64,000 nucleotides of DNA from a virus (taxonomy: Duplodnaviria; Heunggongvirae; Uroviricota; Caudoviricetes), in IMG/VR virus record IMGVR_UViG_3300033993_002218, positions 1-64,000 of that record, one strand, 5' to 3'. The notes beneath the pieces were generated by a model. It saw only the letters and a program-made list of their open reading frames with translations, ran no database searches and was not told the DNA's origin. The translations under genes were made by a program, and so were the position numbers. Below are positions 58,976 to 64,000 of the stretch, one piece after another (position 1 is the first letter of the stretch; each line of letters opens with the position of its first letter).

Positions 58976-59205
58976 TTTAGGAAGTTTTCAAGACTAGATG
59001 TGGTTTTCTTTCTGGACATTTTAACTTGTTTTTCAATATAAGTCTTTGCAGTCTTATAGTTGTTAGTAGTATGAACTTGCTGTCCCTTGTGAACAATAAT
59101 AAACTTATTTCCACAAGGAACTGCTGCCCATTCCATATCCTTACTTACATATCCATTTGGATCTCCAGGTTTCGGATTCAGAATACCTTCGTTTTGAGTG
59201 TTCAT
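58972..59205 (-). CDS. hypothetical protein (77 aa)
   Basis: ORF track. Confidence 0.45.
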   Translation of the reverse strand: MNTQNEGILNPKPGDPNGYVSKDMEWAAVPCGNKFIIVHKGQQVHTTNNYKTAKTYIEKQVKMSRKKTTSSLENFLK

Positions 59206-59345
59206 CAGTAGATAATTGTAGAGGACATTACCCGTGCATTCGGATATTGTGCAAGAGCAACTTGAATTGCCTCTTGACGATTGCGGGCATAACAGTCAAC
59301 ATAGAAAGTTTGACCACTGACCATGCAAGTAACACGATGCTTCAT
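59202..59345 (-). CDS. hypothetical small protein (about 47 aa)
   Basis: Hand-translated MKHRVTCMVSGQTFYVDCYARNRQEAIQVALAQYPNARVMSSTIIY. ATGA overlap downstream. Confidence 0.3.
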
Positions 59346-59355
59346 AATTTAAACC

Positions 59356-60606
59356 TCACTTGTTAATTGTAGAAATTACAGGTTGCCCCTGAACAAATGC
59401 CATATCAGCAACAGATTGCAGTCGTCGTGCGGTTGCAATCCCAGTATTAGCATACACCGGAACATGAATAAAACCATAGGATTTCACATAATCTTCGGTT
59501 TTACCAGGAGTCAGAGACCCCTCTGAGAGACGCCTAGAATCCTCTGGATGAAGGCGCACCACACGCCCAATGGTTTGCACCATAGAAGTATAGTCCATGT
59601 TCCTCATGAGGATGCAGGAGGTCAATCCTGGGCAATCAATACCCTCAGAAAGAATGGAGTAGTGAAGAAGAACAAACTTCTTGGTAGAATCTGCACCGTA
59701 TTCCTTGAGAGTTTCAAAGAATACATCACGCTTGACTTTTTGATTGTTAATGAATGCACCATGCTTAGCAGTAATCCACAGAATCTCATAACCATGAGAC
59801 TGAATCTCAGTCATAAAATCAGTTTCGGCAAGCATACGAATCATTACCTTAGTATTCGGTGCTGCAACCAGAACCTTTTCCATGTTCTCTTCATTCAGAA
59901 TAGTATCCAGAAGAGTCATGCAATCATGTTCTGCACCAAATTCTTTATTACGAACAACATTCCTTTCCTGAGTATTGATTTGTGGAGGAACAATGAATCC
60001 CTCCTTAACCATATCAGAAGCAGAAATATTCGTAATCATTTGACCATACACATGACTCCAGTTCATACCAGGTTTGTTGTAAACATTAGAATACTTTGGA
60101 GTTGCAGTATAAGAATAGAATCGCTTGGACTTCTGAGACAATTGCTCCACATAAGGAAAGAAATCCTTACGAACGGAATTATGTGCCTCATCCATATGAA
60201 CGGTATCAATTTCAATACCAGACTCAATCAGACGATGAAGAGAATGATACGTTGTAAAGATCAGTTTATGACCTTCAACATTCTCATGCCATTCACGAAT
60301 CATCTTAGGACTGGTAGTGCAGAAATGATCAGTATCACCAGAATGCACATGAAGAATGTGAGCATTATTAATGTACTTGATGTAATCCGAACACAACTGA
60401 GAAGTCAACAGGATTCGTGGAGAAATCACAACAACAGTTTGATGCTGAGACTTCTTATACTCACGAATAGTATCTCCGATACCAATCAGAGTCTTACCTG
60501 CACCAGTCACGGCACAGACAACACCTCTGGAATATTTGGAGAGCATGTCAAGAGCACTTTGCTGATGAGGACGAAACTGAATCATGGGGTGATTGGTTGA
60601 CTTCAC
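59356..60606 (-). CDS. SF2 DEAH-box helicase (416 aa)
   Basis: Walker A CAVTGAGKTLIGI. DEAH box HMDEAHN. Motif III TATP. C-terminal helicase fold with TIGRVVR (motif VI-like). Confidence 0.8.
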   Translation of the reverse strand: MKSTNHPMIQFRPHQQSALDMLSKYSRGVVCAVTGAGKTLIGIGDTIREYKKSQHQTVVVISPRILLTSQLCSDYIKYINNAHILHVHSGDTDHFCTTSPKMIREWHENVEGHKLIFTTYHSLHRLIESGIEIDTVHMDEAHNSVRKDFFPYVEQLSQKSKRFYSYTATPKYSNVYNKPGMNWSHVYGQMITNISASDMVKEGFIVPPQINTQERNVVRNKEFGAEHDCMTLLDTILNEENMEKVLVAAPNTKVMIRMLAETDFMTEIQSHGYEILWITAKHGAFINNQKVKRDVFFETLKEYGADSTKKFVLLHYSILSEGIDCPGLTSCILMRNMDYTSMVQTIGRVVRLHPEDSRRLSEGSLTPGKTEDYVKSYGFIHVPVYANTGIATARRLQSVADMAFVQGQPVISTINK

Positions 60607-60672
60607 GTATTATAGCAATAAAAAATCCCCTTGTAGGGGATGGTGTGGACGGTTCTTCAGGTGTCCTATAGA
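60607..60672 (-). promoter_or_regulatory. variant cassette (GGTTGACTTCAC..TATAAT; A-run/hairpin/T-run) upstream of the helicase gene
   Basis: ggttgacttcacgtattatagcaataaaaaatccccttgtaggggatggtgtggacggttcttcaggtgtcc. Confidence 0.5.
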
Positions 60673-60802
60673 AGCTTAGATTCTCATCTTCAACGGAGAC
60701 AAACCTAGTCTAGCAGTATTTTAGTAAAGTGTCAATCGTCCGCAAAGCGGATGCGGTGGGGGAGGGGTGCAGGGGTGATGGCGTTGTGGGAGTAGAGCAT
60801 GG

Positions 60803-61588
60803 TTAGACCATCGTGATGCCCCATTTGAAGGCCAACCATGCCTGCAGTGAGTCTCGATCAGTGCTGTTCAACACAGAGGAGAAACATATAACCTCACCGA
60901 TCAAGCCAAGCCAGCCACGACCGGCGTTTGTTCTATCGTTACCTAATTGAACTCCTTGAGTCGCGTTAAATGAGGCCGAGCCATTATTTAAGATTCGGAT
61001 GATCGAGGGATCGTCAACGCTTGGCGAAGTGAAATGCGATGTGCTGAATCTGTCGGTTGTTCCGCCATTGATGTAAGCGCGATCAAAGCCGGTGCCGTCC
61101 TGATTGTAAGAAGTGCTGTTGCCGCTAATGCGCCACCCGGGATCATTTGAGCTAGTAATCAATCCGCCAAAGCTAGTATAAGTTCCGCCAAATGCCCCAT
61201 CCATGATAACGTAGATTTCAGCTATAGCCGTTGTCGTCGTGTCTGTATTTCGCAGATAATTGTTGTGATTGCTACTGCCCCAATCCAAGCATTTTTTGCT
61301 GTTGATGCCTGTCACGTACTGCGGACCTGTTGCGCTTTTTGATAGCGTCCATGCTCTGCTGCCCTTGCTGGTAACCGCAGTGATTTCCGTTCCCGATGTG
61401 GTGACGGTAGTCTCATCGGCAAAGTCGTACCAGAGAACTGGAGATAGCCCTGGCGTTGGATCACCAGCTGATGGCCAAATCGCCGCACGCCTTGCCACGC
61501 TCTGCTCATTCTGGAACCAGAGCCCGGTTGCTGCGCTGCCTGTTGGCACACGCCTGACACCAATCAATCCGCCGTTGAAGCCCAACAT
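60803..61588 (-). CDS. GC-rich LamG-like (concanavalin-A-like lectin/glucanase fold) protein, 261 aa. Probably structural or a tail-fibre accessory.
   Basis: The C-terminus ...GWLGLIGEVICFSSVLNSTDRDSLQAWLAFKWG follows the LamG_3 pattern. GC is far above the local average. Co-transcribed behind a late promoter. Confidence 0.5.
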   Translation of the reverse strand: MLGFNGGLIGVRRVPTGSAATGLWFQNEQSVARRAAIWPSAGDPTPGLSPVLWYDFADETTVTTSGTEITAVTSKGSRAWTLSKSATGPQYVTGINSKKCLDWGSSNHNNYLRNTDTTTTAIAEIYVIMDGAFGGTYTSFGGLITSSNDPGWRISGNSTSYNQDGTGFDRAYINGGTTDRFSTSHFTSPSVDDPSIIRILNNGSASFNATQGVQLGNDRTNAGRGWLGLIGEVICFSSVLNSTDRDSLQAWLAFKWGITMV

Positions 61589-61962
61589 CAGAGGATCTCC
61601 TGATAAATTATCTCACCGGAAACAGTAATATCAATATCATTAGCAGAACTTGCCTGTGCTCTAAGTTCATCTCCTTCTTCCAAATAAAAATAAGTTTCTT
61701 TCGTACTAATTACCTGTGTGGCATCAGCAGGAACAGCAATAGTTTTTGCAATATATCCATCAATACTATTTCTCAATATACTTACACTAATATCTACAGC
61801 ACTTGAACCATCTACATTTGCGGCAAAAATACAATTAATTTTATAAGAACTATTACTATCAGAAAGATTTGTTACAATTCCAACCATGTCTGTAGTACTA
61901 ATACCGACAATAGTTGTAAATCCGACAATTGAAGTTGGATTTTTAAGATTTGGTGCAGTCAT
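61588..61962 (-). CDS. hypothetical beta-rich (structural?) protein (124 aa)
   Basis: ORF track. A late promoter lies 22 nt upstream of the ATG. Confidence 0.55.
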   Translation of the reverse strand: MTAPNLKNPTSIVGFTTIVGISTTDMVGIVTNLSDSNSSYKINCIFAANVDGSSAVDISVSILRNSIDGYIAKTIAVPADATQVISTKETYFYLEEGDELRAQASSANDIDITVSGEIIYQEIL

Positions 61963-61984
61963 TATTATTCTATATGTGTATGGA

Positions 61985-61992
61985 TATTTATA
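61985..61992 (-). promoter_or_regulatory. T4-type late promoter TATAAATA
   Basis: Plus strand tatttata at 61985-92. 22 nt to the ATG at 61962. Confidence 0.6.
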
Positions 61993-64000
61993 CTAGAACA
62001 TAAAGGAAGCAACAACAGCATTAATACCAGAACCAGAACCAGTGATACCAGTTAATTGAGATCCATCACCACTAAATGAAGTTGCAGTTACTACACCAGA
62101 AACTAAAACATCTCCAGTAACAGTTAATTTAGATGTTGGACTTGTGGTTCCAATACCAACATTAAAGTTCTCATCTCCAATAATCCAAGTACTATTTCCT
62201 ACACCAATTGCTAATTGATTATCACCAGATGAATTGTAGAGTTGAACATTATGTCCAATCGCTATATTGCAAGATCCAGTGATATTATTAGATCCAGCGT
62301 CCTTTCCAAAGAAGTTATTATAACATCCAGTGGTATTATTAGATCCAGCATTTTGTCCAAAAAAGTTATTACTAGATCCAGTGGTATTAAAATAACCAGA
62401 ATACTTACCAAAGAAGTTATTATAATTTCCAGTGATGTTGTTAAGTCCTACTCTATTACCAAAAAAGTTATTATTACATCCAGTGGTGTTAGAACATCCT
62501 GCACTAGCACCTAAGAAGTTATTACGTCTTCCATCGGTGTTGTCTTTTCCTGCACCCTCACCAAAGAAATTATTATAAGATCCAGTGGTGTTATTAAGTC
62601 CCGCACATCTACCAAAGAAGTTATTATCAGATCCAGTGCTTCCTTCAACAGTATCAACGGTAATTGTAATATCATCAGTACCAGAAGAACCGCCAACAGC
62701 AGAACCATCAATCGTAAGTGTATTTCCTTGATTATAATTTTGACCCTCTGTTATAATATTAACTATAGTAACATCACCATTACCATCTCTTTCAACATAG
62801 AAAGTTGCCCCAGATCCATCACCACCAGTTCCAGATACATCAGGATAAGAGTTATTTGCTTCTCCTGCTAATGTGGTGGAACTTGTGATACCTATAGATG
62901 TTATTCTACCTTTTCTTCCTTGCCCTGCATAAACACCTAAGAAGTTATTAAAACATCCAGTGGTGTTACAATAACCAGAATACTTACCAAAGAAGTTATT
63001 ATTAGATCCAGTGGTGTTGTGGAGTCCTGCACAAGCACCAAAGAAGTTATTAAAAGATCCTGTGCTAATCTCTGCTCCTGTAGACCTACCAAACAAGTTG
63101 TTATCAGATCCTTCATAGTCATATCCCAGTTCTGCTGCAAATCCAGCGTCCTTTCCAAAGAAGTTATTATAACATCCAGTGGTGTTATTTTGTCCTGCAG
63201 AACGACCAAAGGAGTTATTATAAGATCCAGTGGTGTTACCACCACCTGCACCAGCACCAAAGAAGTTATTATGATTTCCAGTAGTGTTCGCTGCTCCAGC
63301 AAAAGCACCAAAGAAGGTATTATCACTTCCAATGGTATTATAACTTCCTGCACAATAACCAAAGAAGTTATTATAATATCCAGTGGTGTTGTTACGTCCT
63401 GCGTTATTACCAAAGAAGTTATTATAAGATCCAGTGGTGTTTGCAAATCCTGCATAACGACCAAAGAAGTTATTATAAGATCCATCAATGTTGGAACATC
63501 CTGCTCTATTACCAAAGAAGTTATTATAAGATCCATCAATGTTGGAACATCCTGCACCAGCACCTAAGAAGTTATTATAAGATCCATCAATGTTGGAATA
63601 TCCTGCTCTATTACCAAAGAAGTTATTATTAAAACCACCATTATAACCACCATTACAATTATTAAAATAACCAGATTCGCATCCAAGGAAAATATTATCA
63701 CCACCTTTAATATTATAATATCCAGCAGAAAGACCAATAAAAATATTCTGCCCATCACCTTCATTACTAGTGGTAGAACTTCCAGCGCCTATACCAGCAA
63801 AAAAGTTATGTTGGGATGATGAAACTGAACAACCAGTAGTGGAATCACCAATTCTTATATTACCACTACCAAATCCTAATACTCCACCATATATTTCAAG
63901 TTCAGTTACTGGATTTGTGGTTCCAATACCGACATTAGAGGTTGTATGAATTCCAGCGGATGTTGTAACCCACTGAGATGAACCACCACCTCCACCCCCA
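61993..64000 (-). CDS. long NNFFG/NTTG-repeat fibre/adhesin-like protein. Partial, with the N-terminus beyond the window (at least 669 aa).
   Basis: By hand, the frame of ORF 61993..63096 continues with no stop to position 64000. The ORF-track start at 63096 is an internal TTG. Roughly 20-residue repeats G(S/C)YNN(F/S)FG..AG..NTTG. Confidence 0.7.
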   Translation of the reverse strand, partial: GGGGGGSSQWVTTSAGIHTTSNVGIGTTNPVTELEIYGGVLGFGSGNIRIGDSTTGCSVSSSQHNFFAGIGAGSSTTSNEGDGQNIFIGLSAGYYNIKGGDNIFLGCESGYFNNCNGGYNGGFNNNFFGNRAGYSNIDGSYNNFLGAGAGCSNIDGSYNNFFGNRAGCSNIDGSYNNFFGRYAGFANTTGSYNNFFGNNAGRNNTTGYYNNFFGYCAGSYNTIGSDNTFFGAFAGAANTTGNHNNFFGAGAGGGNTTGSYNNSFGRSAGQNNTTGCYNNFFGKDAGFAAELGYDYEGSDNNLFGRSTGAEISTGSFNNFFGACAGLHNTTGSNNNFFGKYSGYCNTTGCFNNFLGVYAGQGRKGRITSIGITSSTTLAGEANNSYPDVSGTGGDGSGATFYVERDGNGDVTIVNIITEGQNYNQGNTLTIDGSAVGGSSGTDDITITVDTVEGSTGSDNNFFGRCAGLNNTTGSYNNFFGEGAGKDNTDGRRNNFLGASAGCSNTTGCNNNFFGNRVGLNNITGNYNNFFGKYSGYFNTTGSSNNFFGQNAGSNNTTGCYNNFFGKDAGSNNITGSCNIAIGHNVQLYNSSGDNQLAIGVGNSTWIIGDENFNVGIGTTSPTSKLTVTGDVLVSGVVTATSFSGDGSQLTGITGSGSGINAVVASFMF
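62240..64000. repeat. tandem roughly 60 bp coding repeats (aagaagttattataagatccagtggtgtt...)
   Basis: Seen directly. They create spurious ORFs in other frames, for example 62937..63563. Confidence 0.8.

Noticed and set aside
8295-60672. Sigma54-type promoter reading of the conserved box (TGGCAC)
   Set aside because: TGGCAC is present, but the required TTGCW element 5 bp downstream is absent in every copy. The box is better explained as a stop-codon-containing recognition or recombination element.
62937-63563. ORF 62937..63563 (-) and the plus-strand ORFs 62242..62514 and 63019..63567 inside the NNFFG repeat
   Set aside because: They are alternative reading frames of a roughly 60 bp tandem coding repeat. 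The NNFFG frame is continuous and biased toward sensible residues, whereas the others are low-complexity (LIITSLV...).
1-64000. tRNA genes (expected near a phage CCA-adding enzyme)
   Set aside because: No cloverleaf-compatible segments or GTTCRANYC T-loop motifs were recognised by eye on either strand. tRNAs, if present, are outside this window. Confirm with tRNAscan.

Overview
This 64 kb window reads as a T4-type (myovirus-like) phage genome segment. It is mostly a 'hyperplastic' early region with a late/structural module beginning at about 60.6 kb, although this assignment is provisional. The region is AT-rich (about 38-40% GC), and essentially every credible gene is on the minus strand. 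There are about 190 tightly packed, mostly small ORFs, many translationally coupled through ATGA or TAATG overlaps. They are punctuated by about 40 copies of a conserved intergenic cassette, about 70-85 bp long, made of a conserved box, a GC hairpin and a TATAAT.

Recognisable genes:
- NAD+ salvage trio: NadV/NAMPT, a NADAR (YbiA-like) protein, and the bifunctional NatV NMNAT-Nudix.
- A class-II CCA tRNA nucleotidyltransferase.
- An Rnl2-like RNA ligase-motif protein.
- A Toprim-domain protein.
- An SPFH/prohibitin protein with a small membrane partner.
- A type IV pilin-like 64 aa protein.
- A pentapeptide-repeat protein.
- A Seg-like GIY-YIG endonuclease.
- An S24 (LexA/UmuD-like) peptidase domain.
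- An SF2 DEAH helicase.
- A family of basic proteins carrying a T4-style capsid-targeting N-terminus (MKTFQEF...), two of them preceded by exact T4 late promoters (TATAAATA).
- A LamG-like protein and a very long NNFFG-repeat fibre-like protein that runs off the window.

Most unusual items:
- A tandem array of six translationally coupled Gly/Tyr-rich (GYG-repeat) small genes.
- A 53 aa ORF that is a near-perfect copy of the EF-Ts N-terminal (EF-Tu-binding) domain.
- GC-rich islands with paralogous small genes.
- Iteron-like CTCGTCGAGATT repeats next to a consensus sigma70 promoter on the otherwise silent plus strand.

No tRNA genes or CRISPR arrays were seen. Coordinates of the sub-60 aa ORFs I derived by hand are approximate.
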